In this document: piece after piece, positions 1-15,000 of the stretch
Layout: the number at the start of each line of letters is the position of its first letter
Numbering within the stretch: position 1 is the first letter of the stretch
Assembly: GCA_000934665.2 (NCBI GenBank)
Contig: JYFJ02000988.1
Coordinates: 1 to 64,000 of the forward strand
Direction: 5' to 3'
Source of the DNA: Catajapyx aquilonaris
Taxonomy: Eukaryota
DNA: 64,000 bases
Made by a program: the position numbers and the translations under genes
Notes under the pieces: generated by a model
Database searches by the model: none
What the model was told of the DNA's origin: nothing
The model's input: only the letters and a program-made list of their open reading frames with translations

Positions 1-3000
1 GGGGGGGGGTTAACCTGTCGGAAATGTACTGCGCTGTTGCTCGTAATAAGCTATCGGGACAGTAAAAATTTTAAAGCCTCTCCCTACAATGCAGTTTACA
101 GCGGTGTTGTAAATATATTTATCGGCTTGATGACCTTTTCGAGCCAATCCGGAGCCGAACCGGAAAATTTTATAGGGTGCGGCACACTCCCGAGGTATAA
201 TGTCGCCATCCAGGCGCATCAACACGTGCAGCTCCGGCTTCCCTTAAAGGTCATTTCAGGTCAGCCATGCTTATGAAACACTTAACCCTTGACCACACCC
301 GACCGTCAGAGGAATGCAGGCTACAGGCTCGCAAGAAACATGAAATATGACTTGAAGCGTGATCTTCCATGTTGCTTAATCAGATTCTGCCCTACTAATG
401 TCTGTTGTGTGCTTCTCCACGCGGCCTTCTAATTATACTGTACGTAGCGTGTACAGCACTGCGACTAAACTGTGCACAGTACTCCACTCAGTACAACATT
501 TTTGAAAATCGTTATGGCCATTGGGATGTCAGTACGCAATCTGGCAGAAGCAAAAAAAAGAGCTAATAATTAATATTTCATTACACTTGCAGCACTCCCA
601 TCCATTCCATTATTTACAGAAATCAACTAGGATGAACAACACTGGAAGTGAAGGGTTCTCCTAGACCGTATAACTGCTCCTGACACCCAGCCTCAGTCAA
701 CAAAGCCAGTCAGTATACACCGCCATGTTCTGCACCTACATGTGCTGTACCAAAACCACTCCCTCCCTTCATTTGCTTATCCATGAATAATTCATAGCCT
801 GTGCAGATGCATCTCTATTGTTCACGTCATAACCTGCGATTGTGACAGACCTGCAAACAAGGCCGTAGGACAGACCTTTTTTATTATTATTTCATATCCC
901 CTCTCGCCACCTCACCCCTGCAGACCCTTCCTAAACACCAGTTCCAGACAGTGGTGCTTGAATTCGCAGAAGCAGACGGCAAAATTAATAACCGCTGGCG
1001 AAGTGGAAATTAACATCTCGGGGACCCACGCTTTTGGTGGGTTGGCTTTCAGGGGGGTTGGCCGGATATCGACCAGTTCAGATCCGCAGGCTCCCAGGGC
1101 TAAAATAACACCAACACAAAGTGCTCGCATGCCGCGTGTTTGTCCCCTCAAACGTTGTTCAGAGCACACCATTTTCCTCCACTGCAGGACTGCAGACCAC
1201 GCAGAATATGCTCACCACAAGGTCACTGCTTGCAATATCACAGGTGGAAAAGGAATGATCTCTACACATCATGAAGGCAAACCCATTTTGCAAATATCAC
1301 GTTGTTGAGAACCACATTTCATTTTCCCTCCATCACTGACTCAGGGTCATCATCATCACGATATCTTCCTGTGAAATGGCAACTCAATGATGAAGATGAC
1401 AAATGAAGATGACACAACTCCTAAACATAGAGGACCATGTAACAAAAAAAAAGCATAAACATCAACCATACTCGCAAACAAAAATGATACAGCCAGATTG
1501 TGAGCAATACAGGCTTTTTGCTATAGTATCTAATAATTATTTGGTTGCAACAACAATGATCGGCATACCACTTGGACATAATTATGTACCCTTTTTGTGT
1601 TTGTCGCAAATTATTTTATGGTCCGCATGAGGGACAAACAGATTGCGCGTTGCCATAAAACCGCTTCCTGGATGCAGATATAACTGCGGCCATACTGGTA
1701 AGCCTGCCATTGATTGTACGGATTCCAGAAAAATCTCAGAGCCGAAAGACAGATAGAAAAAACATCAACATGCATTTATGATATCCCGTGCACGAGTGAG
1801 AGAGAAATTTAGTAATATGGACCGTGGTAGAAGTGCCAACACTGAATAAATTGATGCAACCTTATTCGAAGGCTACAAAGCAGTAAAAACGACAATAATG
1901 ATTTTTATATCAGCTGATTGCTACTGGCTATGACGAAGAGAGACAAAAAGTGGGGAAAGAAAAGATGAGTCATATAAGGTTGTAGACCTCATTAATTGGG
2001 TGCGAGAAACTGACAAACAAGAGTTTCCTCGAGCCAGTTCATGGACAAGCAACCTTTTGTTAGTCGTCGCGTCGTCGCCTCTCGCTGTTGCCAAAAGCCA
2101 AATGCCATCACCATTCAGGTAATGGCAGGTTGGAATTATGGAAACCAGCACTTAGCCCTCCTATAAATACTGATCAAACCTTAATCCGTCTATAAATGAA
2201 TCATCCGCAAGCCATCGGACAACGAGGCACTTGCGTATGTAGTGTTCAAAATCGGCTCGAAATCAAGTCGTAGTGAAAAGGGATGTAACTGCATCGCTAA
2301 CAATTTGAGCTGTCCCTCTGTGGTTCACCACAAAGTGATGAGAGTGAAGGATAACAAACGCTATCGATTTCCACCGCGACTTGGTGGGGGTAGGCTGGAT
2401 GGGGGAGGTAAAAAATGTCCTGTTGGTATCTGGTGAATCCCCCAGCACATCCATGTCAGTGAAGAAACGGCTTAATTTACTCCGACTCGTCGCAGCTAGG
2501 TTTTCAGTGTGACAGAACCTAATATGTCAGGAATTCTCATACGGTTCGAAAAACCACGGGAGTCATAAATTGCCAGCGTTACGAGCGGAAAATCACTACT
2601 GGAATATGATTATATATGCACATGCAGCAAGATCCAGTGAGAGGTAAAATCCTTCCCTCGCAAACAAATTACACGCCAATAAGCGATTCATTGAGAACCA
2701 GAGCACGCGTATGGCCTTACGCAACTCGCAAGGCCAAGGTCGGAAATGACATGACGGGGGGAAAAAATCGTATCAGGTCATGCAATCAGTTCGATCAGAA
2801 AATACGCACTGCCCTATAAATAGTAGGAGAAAAGCAATGGCAGTCCAGGAAACGTAGAATGCAGTGCAGGGTCTCTCGTGAAAAGCAAAACATCAATCAC
2901 GCTTTGCTTCCGGAGAATTTCATTATAGTGAAAGCCACTAACGACCTTATCTGTCTTTGTATACGGCAACATTCCACTACAACACTTAATTCGGCTGAGC

Positions 3001-6000
3001 TTGCATCTATCTCAAGGAAACGCCCACTTCCAATCCAAACCAAATGCCAATGGCAATGAGAAAACTTCCGTCACAAGTTGCAACTACAAAGTTTCATTTG
3101 ATATTGCTGTCTGCTCATTGCATCCAATGACCTCTTTTGTGCAATGTTTCAATCACAATTCCAAGTTCGGTGTTTCTAACACAGCAGAGATGACATCTCG
3201 GAAGGGACCACTAAAAGTCCCTCTGCTGAAAAGGGTCTCGTGCTTTTCACCTCTCCAGGTGCTGGGACACCGATAAGGAGGCCACGTCTCCCGTACTTTT
3301 GCCAAGACAGCACTGCGGGATTTCTTGCTTAGTCATCACTTTCATCCGCACTAATAGCATCCCATAGAGATAAATGAAAACGCAGCTTTCAAGACATACA
3401 ACGTGCACCAACTAGCCTATTTTTGACATTTTCTCTTGTAAAAAGTATGTCCAGTACCACCATCTAGGTATTAAAAGAAATTAATCATAACAAGAGGCAG
3501 CAAACAGCTTTTAATTTAGGAACAAAGTACACAATATTGGAATGAAACTGGCGGAAATTGGATCAACTGTAATGTAACTGAATGAACGGAATTAATTATG
3601 TCATCGGTTCATGCATTATATTTGCTTGCAGCACAAAGGAAATGTTCAATATTGGCTCAAGAGTTGAAAAATAGCCGAAAACAAATCAATATCGAAGGTC
3701 TGGCAATGTTGCACGTTCCATAATACTGTACCCTGTTGCACAAAATATTCATATATTCACCTGATAGTACTAATAATGTTTTGCCTACTCTTGCGTGATT
3801 AACTAGTAAAACTCTGGAATCAAATAAATAGTGATTCGATGCAAATACCAGCAGCGTATAATTTACATCAATGCAAATCCGACAAGTTCGATAAAAAGCT
3901 AGGTTGATAAAATTACGCCAGCGTTTGTTTAGACCAAATTTCAAAATCAAGTCATTAATTTTTAAATTTACGTCAAAGACTGCCTAGTGTCAAAATTACT
4001 GAAATTCGACACCCGTCACAATTTTTGCACGGCCCGGTCGCCGAAAGTGGATCGGATGAGCCCAGGGTATACGGCACGTGCAGTAAAATTCAAGTCTCGG
4101 CTGGCAAAAATGAGCTCGGAAACTAGTTGGGTCTAGCTTGGCCCGAGTGTAATCAGCTCCAGGGATGAAATTTGCGGTCCAGTACACTTTTCCCAGGAGG
4201 CGAGGACACACTGCGACACAAAAGGTGGCACGTGCGGTCATCTCTTAGATTAGAGTGCCAAGTTTTTGCACGCCTTGCACCGCGGGTCGATATACACCTG
4301 CGCCGGACATTAATTTTGCATTCGCCAGCGAAACCCTGGGAAAGCCCAAGCTCCATGCAATTGCAAACTACTATTTGAACATACATTTGTTCCCCGTCCC
4401 CCTCGATCTGCCCCGAGATTACTTCATAAAGTATCCCCCCTCTTAACGCTTTACGATCAGTCATTCCCAAATTTAATGCCACTAGAGTGGCATCTCCGGA
4501 CTTGTTAAGTCCCACGACCCGTCCCCGGATTTTTTTTTTTTTTTGCAGCGTTCCTTTTCGTCCAATCCAGAAGATTAAACCTGGGTGGAAATCACACTCC
4601 GACAAATCGATGCTGTCTCAACAAGCCTTCCCAAGGGTGTTATGTCACCCCCTCCACCTTCATCGACCCGAATATAAACCGCGGGTAAAATGCCTGCTCA
4701 ATTAGAAACAAAGCGGTGTTTGTCGGGTCATTCAGTCGCGTGGGAGGTGGGGGGGTAAGGCTCAATAAGCACTTGTGGCTTGCATGGACCGAATTACTGG
4801 GAGTTGGAATTTCGGGGTGGCCCTCCATTTTGCCAGGGATGAACGGTAGGCATTTGTTTTCCCAGAGGGCGGCAGCTGCACCCTCGGGAGTTTATTGGGT
4901 GCAAAGGCAACAGCCAGAAAGTTTCTCTGGACCTCAACGCTTCTTTTCCCAACACACGTTTTTCTCTCTCACGGAGGAAAGTCGATGCACTGGCAATTTG
5001 TGATTAGCGCACTTTTTTTGTGCTGGTCCCCTGAAATGACGACATTGGTTCCTTCCAGCTCCAAGTCTCAAATTGCATTTGGAACATTAGAACCGGACTC
5101 TCGAGGGATATACTGCATGACGTCAATAGGCCCAACTTTAACTTCGGAGCTAACATTCGGATAAGATAGCCACCAGGGAAAAATTACGATGTCATTGTGG
5201 TATTGTCCTGCAGGCGAGCCTCATGAAGGTGCAATGGAATCGGGTTCGTTCGATACCTCCCAAAAGTGTAAGTTCCGGAGGAAAAACCCTCGGAAAAACC
5301 CAAACCCAATGTGGATTATCTGCTCCGTGGAATCGATAGACTTTCATTAAAGAGTCGAGAATCGCACCCCACACTCTCACCTAGCCAAATAAACTGTTTC
5401 GCCATTCTGGGTTTACTGAGGGTTAATCGCCTGTTTATGGGAATTGAATCCTGGTCCGTTAGCCCTCGCCTGGTTTGTTTGTGTTAGTCCAGGTTGCGCG
5501 CCCGGACTCCACGGTGGGTGATTGAGAAGCGACAATGGAGCACTTGAACAAAACAAGGTAGGGTGCGAGCCCCCCGGAATTGATCTGTTAATCCCTTGAA
5601 ATCTTCGCAGTTACGTGAAACACGCTGCATAATTCAGGGCGCCATCAAATAGGTGCGGCCAGCTAGAATTCCTAACGCTCCAGGTCGTAGCACTGAGGCA
5701 GCCCACACCTTTTCTGCACTTTCAGGCTACTTTACTTACCTTTTCCCTAGGGGAAAATCAGCAGAAGAAAATCCACCTGGATTCCCAAGAATCCCACAGC
5801 CTTCCAAAAACCTTCATAAATTCTCCCTCAAGTGGGCATCTAAATTCATTTCCTTGGATTCTCGTTAAGGGTGGGTAAAAATAGTTTGTCACGAAAGTGC
5901 AGGGTCGTGCGGCGTGAATAGGACATTTCATGAAACGTGGTCTATATATTTTTCAAAATCTGCCGCAACAGCCCTTAAATTTGAAATGTTTTAGCCATAC

Positions 6001-9000
6001 CGATGTGCCGTTGTCACTATAGTCTTTAATTGTTAATATTACTGTGGATATTTCTGACAATCATTGTTGGGGTTAGTGACATCACTATTCAAAAGATAAA
6101 TGCATTATGCATTATCTGGCACACCTGAACTTCCATCATGACAACGCACATATCAACACTGTACTTGCTTTATTGCCCGATAAATTACTTATAGAATAAT
6201 GAACGCGGTACTGGATTGTTCCTATATAGTTATTCCGAGTAACACAATACACAGGCTTATCTGCTTTTGCTCCCTACCCTCGCTGGAAGGTGAGATAAAA
6301 AATTATTAAGTGTGTCTATGCTATTATACCTCAGTGTAAAGCTATGGTCACGAAATAGACATGGCATGGAAAGGAAGAAAAAAGACCTCCACTTACTTGG
6401 TGGTAAAATTTTCTTTTGGAATTACTTTCATTTTTCCGCCACCTGTGATTGTGAACCCTTTCTTTCGTGTATGGCCAATAAGTATTCAATAAGACGATCA
6501 TTTCAAGTGAAATCCCTCCACCCCCCCCCCCCCNCCCCCCCCAAATCGCTCGTCTTTATGACCTCGTATTAGCAGCCCAAAAATTCATGTTGCGTTTCAA
6601 AACCATTTTTAATTCGAAATTCCATCCCAACAGTGAATAATTTTCGCTTTGTAAAAAGTTCAATTCACGTGGAGCGGCAAATCGCCGCCTGTGCTTGACA
6701 GGTACAACCTCATTTCACAACACGGCTATATTATATCACGGCATACAGTATCTCAGTTCTGTTCCCATGAATGTGTTTTGCAGGCTCTCCAGTTTAACAC
6801 TGCACAGGTGGTGCACTGTAAAAATTTCCCAGATCAGAGAGGGAGATGGGGGGTTAAGGGTGTATAAATTATACGTGTGCATTGCAGCGAATAATCGAAG
6901 TGCACTTCGTCATCGCTGTAAAACATCTTAGAAACCCCCAAGCAACCATCACACAAACATACTTATCTATATACCGTATCCAGACATGCCAAATCTCTGC
7001 CTACAATAAAATCAATTGTCCCCCAACAAAAATATGATACTCAGACGGAAGCTCCACAAACTAATTGGCCAATTACTTTACTTTCCCCGTCAGACTCTTG
7101 AACGTACTAGGAGGCTAATTCTGAGCGAAGTGTCACTGCAGTAATACCTCTCTTAAACTGACAAGGTAGAGGCGGCACACCTGCTGAATGAAGCAAGGTG
7201 AATCCCTCTCTCATCGGACCAGATCCCGAGAGTACGTACACCCTATATACGGATCGCCCACCTGAATGTGCACAGTTACCCCACTGCAAATTTCCATTAC
7301 ACAGTTGACTTTCTCATGCAAATTCCCTTTTGTGCAGCTGACCACTAGATGCAAATTTCTCATTAGGAGGGGCATCCAGCAGCCCATTGACATGACCGAG
7401 GCTTCATGTTCGGTCAGTGGCATGCTGAGGGAATGCTAGGCCACGCCAGCATCCGGAGACTGCACTGTACGCGGTATATATAGAGAGGACCGGGGCTTTA
7501 GAAACTGGCCAAAGATAACACTTTTCCTGGAAACAAACCGACCGAGCCAGCGGCGCACCGAACTCTATTCATGTAACCGGCACTTCCACTTCAATGCACG
7601 TGGCTTCGAGGACCCTTATCTCCTGGAGATTCCAGGAAACTGGTGATTAAAGCCCATCTTCAATTTCCTGTTGACCCAACCTATACTTTAAAAAGCACGT
7701 GGTGCAAATACGGAACCAATGATCAGCATCCCTATCTGTGAGCCACTACATCGATCCAATCCATACACACTAAATATTGCCAAATCTGCTTTTCACTTTC
7801 ACACCAAGTTAACTTGAGTTATGACACTAAGCAGCTTACAGTGTCCCGCATGTTGCCAGGTTGAACACTATTGATTTAAGCAGGAGAAAGGAGGTTTAAT
7901 CTTGGTCTTTCTTATCAAACTTTACACATTGGAAACGCCCGATAGTGCGCACATCTTCTCCGATGGGTCAGATTCGCCTCGCTCCGCACACACAAAACCT
8001 TACTCAAAAAGGAATTGCCGAGAAACCCGAATCTGATTTCTTCCACGTGCTGCTCCAGAAAGGAGGAGAAGAGAGGTGGGGGGGCCTTCAAAATTAATTT
8101 ATTTCAATATCACATTCCCTCCATAACTCCGGGCACCTGCTGTGGCCTCAAAACCGAATCGCTTCCTCTTGTGCAGGCTTGCCAGGTGAGGACGAAGAGA
8201 ATTCGATTTCGGAGGGTGAAGACGAATGGGTCGTTATTTCCTGCAATTTTCCCCGGTTCCCTTCCCAAGATTGGCAAACCTAACATCACCTAAACCCTAA
8301 CTATCCTTTAGCAGCTTCACATAACCAAGCGCGCGTTCTCGAGGGAGGGGAAAAAAGTGCATTCAACTGCTTCTAAGAAGTTTCATTAAGACTGTAAAGA
8401 CCTTACATAAGAACACAGATTGACGTCACACTTTCTCCACTTTTTTCTGCCTCTGTTCACGCAGGTTGATTTTGTTGCGTTCAGACTCTGAGGGAATGCG
8501 GATTTTTAATCTCGGAGGACGGAAAAAAATTGCCTTCACCAGCACTGAAAGAACTCGTACAATATACAGGATAACCCTGGTAACAACCACCGTTGGGACA
8601 CGTTTCTACAGCGGGGTTGCATTGCGTATCTCGCTATACTTAATCCCCTTCACAGGTGTGATATTTTAAAATTTCACCAAAGCGGCATGGTGTGGCTAAA
8701 TTGCAGGCGTGTATCTTTCCGGAGGTAAGATTCGACCCTGTACAAATATACCTAGCTCTAATTTCTTAGAAATAAACAGCCAGTATCTTCATCCATCGCA
8801 ACACCACTACAAAGTGTAAGCTACAGCAAGTTGGTAATGTTCGATAATAATGGCTTTCGTAATACCATTCAGTTCGTTCACCTACATTGACTATACATAA
8901 TGAATAACCAAGTGCAGTGCAATGCAAAGCGTGATTTATTAAAAAGTACATAATTAAATTCACTTTCCCACATTTTCACTTTCATATACAGGTACACGGA

Positions 9001-12000
9001 TTATTAAATTCACGATTGGATTTTACGGCAACAAGGTCAGTACACCGTTCTTTATTATACATTACGTAAATCAAGAGCACATTTTAAAACATTAACTGAA
9101 TAATGTTCTTGGGCATGGTTGAACTTGTTACATATTAGTAACGTTGAAATACGGCCGATAATGAATTCTACTCATAAATTACATTACTATACCGACGTTG
9201 TCAAGTCTCTGGTGCACGAAGGGGGTGTGCATGAATTACAGTACTTTCACTTGCAAACTCAGAGAGAATGATAGGCATCATACACAATGCTGTACAGAGC
9301 GCTGGCAAACATTAACATACCTCAACATTACAGTATGTGACAGGGCAAGCGCTCGCCAGGATCAAAATTCTGCACAAGTTGCACAATGTACAGTATACTC
9401 ATTACTACATTCATTAACGCTACACTAAGATGTAAAAATTACAGCAGATTCACTGGGCTATATCATAACTGGTGGGACCATTCACGATGACTCACCAATA
9501 ATTACTGTCATAAATATAACGCGATCCCACGGTGTCGACTCAAACACTTTTTTTCCGTTTCATTCGTTCACGACTAGTGGCGCTTCGTAATGAAAATAAT
9601 CTCGTGTCGATAATTAAAAAATTTCGCCATGGACCCAATCGGAAAGGTTCAAATCCACAAGCACTGGCACGTTGCACATCTTTCCTATTGTAGTTCCTGC
9701 GCGGCTGTGTAATGAAGCAATAGTCAGCCTATTTGCATACTTGTGGCCGGCATGATGCGGCCCGGTTAATTGGTCGCCAAATTGCTCTCTCCACGTTTTA
9801 CCTTCCCCGGAAATCACCGGCGACGTCCATTCCTGTACACAATGAACGTGCGTTGACTTTTAAGGCTTCGTATTACAACATATACGGGCTATCCAAAATG
9901 AAGCCTGCCTGCATATTGCAAGCTTCAATGGCCGTACTCTATTACCTGAGTGCCCCGATTATAAAGCATAGCCGTGTAACACAATGTCACAGCGATGCTT
10001 TAAAATGTAATGAAGCGACACCGGCAAAAATTGGACTAGAATTAGAGGCAATGACACCATTCGTATTTTAAAAACCTGCGCTTTAAAGGGACGCTTCCAA
10101 CAATGGCTTCAGTTTTCCTTCAACATTTATTATCACTGAAATCAGCAAAAAATTCGTGTCGCTACACAGCATCTTCTTAAGCACGGGATGGAATGGGACG
10201 CATGCAAAACGTAAAAATTGTTGGCGCCAATCCCTGCTCGAATCAGACTTGCATTCAACCACATCTGGGATGAAATAAAGTGGAGAAAAAGGGGTCTCCC
10301 CATATACTAGGAAAAAGTTTTCCGCAGACTCCACAGTTTATGTGGCACTCCCGGTAGAGTTCGGAGCAGCAGGAGACTCATTGGGAAGTCAGTCGACTAC
10401 CTTTGTGTCTAATAGGGCGCCTGATCCATAATTCATTTCCCGGAAGAGTGATTGCATTGTTACCCTCAAAGTACGGCCAAAGTCGGCTTTAAGGCTGCCA
10501 TCTTTGCACGGAAGGTCCCTGACAATTCTCCAATCCCTAACTTCTCCGGGGCGACATGCTCCTCGCGGCTGATACCCGCTGATTTCGGTGCAGGGAGGAG
10601 GGCTTGAATTATTATCGCTGCCAATAATGTCGCCCAAATTAATAATGAAAGCACTAAGGACCGGGTTGTAACAGCCTTGCATTATCATACCACCCGTCTT
10701 CTTTTTCACATCGAAACCGCCAATTTCTCCTCCCAGACCTAACATGTTTCTTATCACTTAACTCGGCCTCATAACTTGGAAGATGGCTCGCGGTATATTG
10801 AGGTCAATGGCTCCAAACGCTTTGCGATATACCAGAGATTGCCACCGTCGAGATTTTACGACGTCCGGTTAGGTGCAATATGTGGTCTAACCGCAGCGCT
10901 TTATATACACCTGTGCCACTGGATCCATTTCAAATTAACGCCAGAAGGAACTGGTCGGATCCAGCCCACAGTTCCGGCACTAATATTACACATAACTGCA
11001 CGAGCTAGCCCAATAATGATTTTCAATTATCGCTCATTTCTATGTGCCGGATTGTTGAATATCCGATGTCCACTATACAGTCAAGGGCGCATTACATTAC
11101 TGTACAGTTCCGCTATTATGAGTGCGCATTTGCAAGTTATATTACTTAAACTGCGTAGCATGGTGTGGGTCAAAAGCACCCAACCTGAACCACAGGGAAT
11201 GCTAATCGTCATTTTTTTCCCTTCTTATAGACTATCTAGACTCTAGAGAATAAAGTACAGTTCCATCACTTAGCATCTAAAATTCATTCCAAAATGATAA
11301 TAACTCAGGCTGATGATGAACCCGGCTATTACAGCTATCTTTGAGCCAACTTGCTAAGCACCGTGCTGTGTAACACAGGACAATCCATCATGAACTTCTC
11401 TGCTTCCGGCACTCACATCCCTCATACCTGCGATATAGCCCTTCTGGCCCAGTAGGGTGCCCTTTTAAAAAGAAACGCCATTGAAAGTTACTGGCATTGG
11501 GCTCTTAACTCCACATGCTGGATATATACGACATGTACTATACTGATTCTAATTTTATCATCCTTATGGTCGTGATATCCGCAGCGAACGTACGCTTATA
11601 GTACACTGTACATTTCGAGGGCGATGCTCTCAAATCAAGTGCTTCCGGGAGGTCGCGTTCAGTTTAAATCCAAAAAGAGAGAGAAAAAAAGAAAAAAAAA
11701 AGTATCTGAAAAGTTCTCTCTGCTTTTACTACATCCTTTCCCCAAGGACCTTTCTCTACCAAGCTTTGATCGAGTCGGAGTTTTCGCGTCTTTGTATGGG
11801 ATGGCAGGTCTATATTTTTAATGTGGAACAATATGCCAATGTCAAAGTTGTATTTTTTTTCCACCCTCCCTCTTCGTGTTTTCACCATGTTCAGCACTTC
11901 GGCTGACACTTTCACACACTACATTTCGCCTACTTTCATCGTACCGCACAAAATTTCGCAGCAGTGAGTTTAATAACTCCAAGTTTAGAAACATTAGTTT

Positions 12001-15000
12001 TTTTCTCCCACATTTTTGAAAGTAGGTCGTTTCACGCGCGACGGCATTGCGGCTTTTCTCATGTATTTTTTTTTTTTCTTCCTGTTTCAGTAAGCTGCTG
12101 CTCAAAACTATATAGGAATAGGCCGAAGGAGAAGAAAATGTCACTGCATGCGTGATCACATTTCCGGCCTTCAGCACCGTTTAATTATAAAGTGTTTGGG
12201 AAATGAGTGCGTGCGCCTAAATGCACATCCGAGTAATTATTAACTGACAGTAAATTATTAATAATGTGTGCACCTCCTCCACTATTCAATACTACTGTAC
12301 GTGAATATTCCACACTTTTAAAAAAATCAATTGGAAACTTGAATTATTTTGAGTGGTTTTGTGCTCAATTTGTGAATCATTCATTATCCCACAATCGAAA
12401 TAGCAGGCGTTTTCTGGATTGACTCGGAAAAAATATCGACATAGCTTTCTATAGTCTTTATAATTCAAACGTTTTCTCAAATCCACGAAATATTTTATTA
12501 AAAGAACAAGGATGTCGATACAGTTTGGGAGAGGGGGGGGGGGGGNNNGACAGTATGTCAAATGAAGAACGAGTGAAAATTCGCTCTATATCATTGAGAT
12601 AGTAATATTATTCCTGCATGCAGCAGATATTATCATTGCATTCAGTGAGTTGGCCCCATTCCGATAAGAAGCATTAATGAGGTCAGACCCCTAATTAGGC
12701 ATTGTTTCCAACTCTTCGCCAAGTCTGTACCTGAACTCCTTGTAACCTGATGTGCACGAGATAGGTTTACCCATGCAACTGCCGCCACCCAACATTCTCC
12801 GGAATGATCATTATTTCGTACAGCATCCCAGTTCCCCTAATAATAGAGCATGGCCTCTAATAATCTACATCATGCATCGTAATTTACGAGAGGGCTGGTA
12901 ACAAAATACTATTTCCAACCGAATTAAACCAACATTTTACTAAGTTCATTACACGCATGCCACCGTGCTTGAAATACAATATAAACTTAGCACTGATATT
13001 TCGAAAAGGAAAGGATATCATGTTGGTATACAACCTATCTGGGAGTGAGTCTTACGCCCCTCACCAGCACCAACTGCCCCCGCCACCACCCCCTTTCGGC
13101 CTCCTGGAGATTGCTTTGGGAGGAAGGCAGAGGCGCCGACGCCGCTTCATTTGACTAACTCTCTTCAATCAGGCCAGATTCCCGTCCTGGGCCTGGTGGG
13201 AAACGCAGCCAAGCAGCCCCGACGATGGAAATCTCACGAGGAAATAAGGAAATGGCGGAAGACTTCTCCATCTCCATACCCCTTTCGCCCCCTCAAGCTT
13301 CTATCTTGATACTATAGGTATAGGCTGTAAAAAAAACGGATGGGAACCTTCCCTCCCACCTTATACCCCAGCAGCCCCTGTCATCCTTTCCCTTTTTTCC
13401 TCCATCCGACAGTAGATCAGGGCTGCAATATTTAAAGGACGTAAAAGCACTGATGTGCGTGATCCTTAAAATTCCAGCCTATTCGGCTGCACTTACATTT
13501 CGCTGCAATTACAGTTGAAAATGCTCAAGCCGCTCTTGGGAAGTCGGCAATGCAGTACTTCTCTACCGAATGTTTTCAGAAGGGATTGAATATTTTAAGT
13601 CAATCCCTTAAAACTTTATTCGATAAAGTTAGTATAACGTGCTAGAAATGCTATTTAGGTCAAATACGCATAAAATCCAACGAAAGTATATATACGCTGT
13701 GAGAAAGTTATGTAATTGGATTTTATTTTGTTGGAAATCGAAGTTACTCGGACGTATTAAAAATACTGCAGCAGTTGCTCGTAAGGAGCTGTTTGAAATA
13801 GGGAGACGAAAATACTGCTCAACTTGCATGAATTGTAATCAGATACTTCAGTGTTTCCAGGGAATCACTGCTTCGACAAATATAAGCACAGACCTTACTA
13901 AGCTCAAAGTACAAAGCAATCCCATTGATGTTGTTTCATCAAAGCGTTCCTGCAAATGATAGGTTCTATGATTTCAGTGGCACGTGCAGTGCATAATAGC
14001 GAACCGTACTGCAAGAGTACACTCCCAACTTCCCAAGGTCTAAAACTCCCGAGGCCATAAAGAAGATCCGTCTTCAGTCAATCACAACTAGCTTCGAGCG
14101 CTGTCTTTTTCTGGGGAAATGCCTGTAAAAGGCTGTCCTTTTACGACAGCCAGGGAGAAAAAATGCCCAAGGTAGTTCAGCCATATTGGGATTCATCGAG
14201 TTGCGAAAAAGCTCGTCAGGCAGCATTGAAAATAAGCTGGATCATCTGGGAAGCAGCCCTTGGCACAAATAAGTTTAATACCATATCCAATACTCCACAT
14301 TTTTATAATATCAAGATCCTCAGCTTTTCGTAATCTTGGCCATTACCATTCAGGGCCGATGGGCGGAATTGGCCTGCGACATTCCACCTTAGTCGCCATG
14401 GATACGTGACGACCTCCCACACTTTTCTCCTCCATTTTTTTTTTCTTCTTTCTTTTTCCTACGGGAAGATCATCCGCCTATAAGAACATCTGCAGGGCTT
14501 TCCTTCACCCTCTAATCACTGGCAGCAAATGGGCGTGGAGGGTGAGGGATAGGGGGGGGAGGAGGTTGACTTCTTTGCTTAGGAAGGGACGTCGGAAAGG
14601 TGATGGAATATCGGGCAAGCTGACGGGGGATCTACTTTATATTCAATCGATTGACTCAACTATGAAGGCACTTCACTGGCACCGCCAGTATGTAAGCGGA
14701 ATGATCCCATGCTCTCATTAGGCTAAGCATCTGCTGTCAACAGATTGCATCACATAACTAAATTTCCAATTTTCGCAATATTCGCCATTTCGATTCGCAA
14801 TTCGCAAATTAATCACATCCCGAATTGAACAATGCTCCGTTTCTCATGTTGCTTAATCCCTTTCTTTTCCACATGGTCGTCCGTATAGATTATATCAGGC
14901 TGATAAGTAGAAAAGTCAGTTGGCATAATGGAAGTGTGCAGTCCACCGTGTTGCAAAATCGCAAATTTGTGTCTGCAAGAATCCATCTCTGGTATCGTAT

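Noticed and set aside
8685..8745. Possible tRNA-derived SINE head (TGGCTAAATTG ... GATTCGACCC)
   Set aside because: A and B boxes are degenerate; no cloverleaf, tail, TSD or second copy seen.
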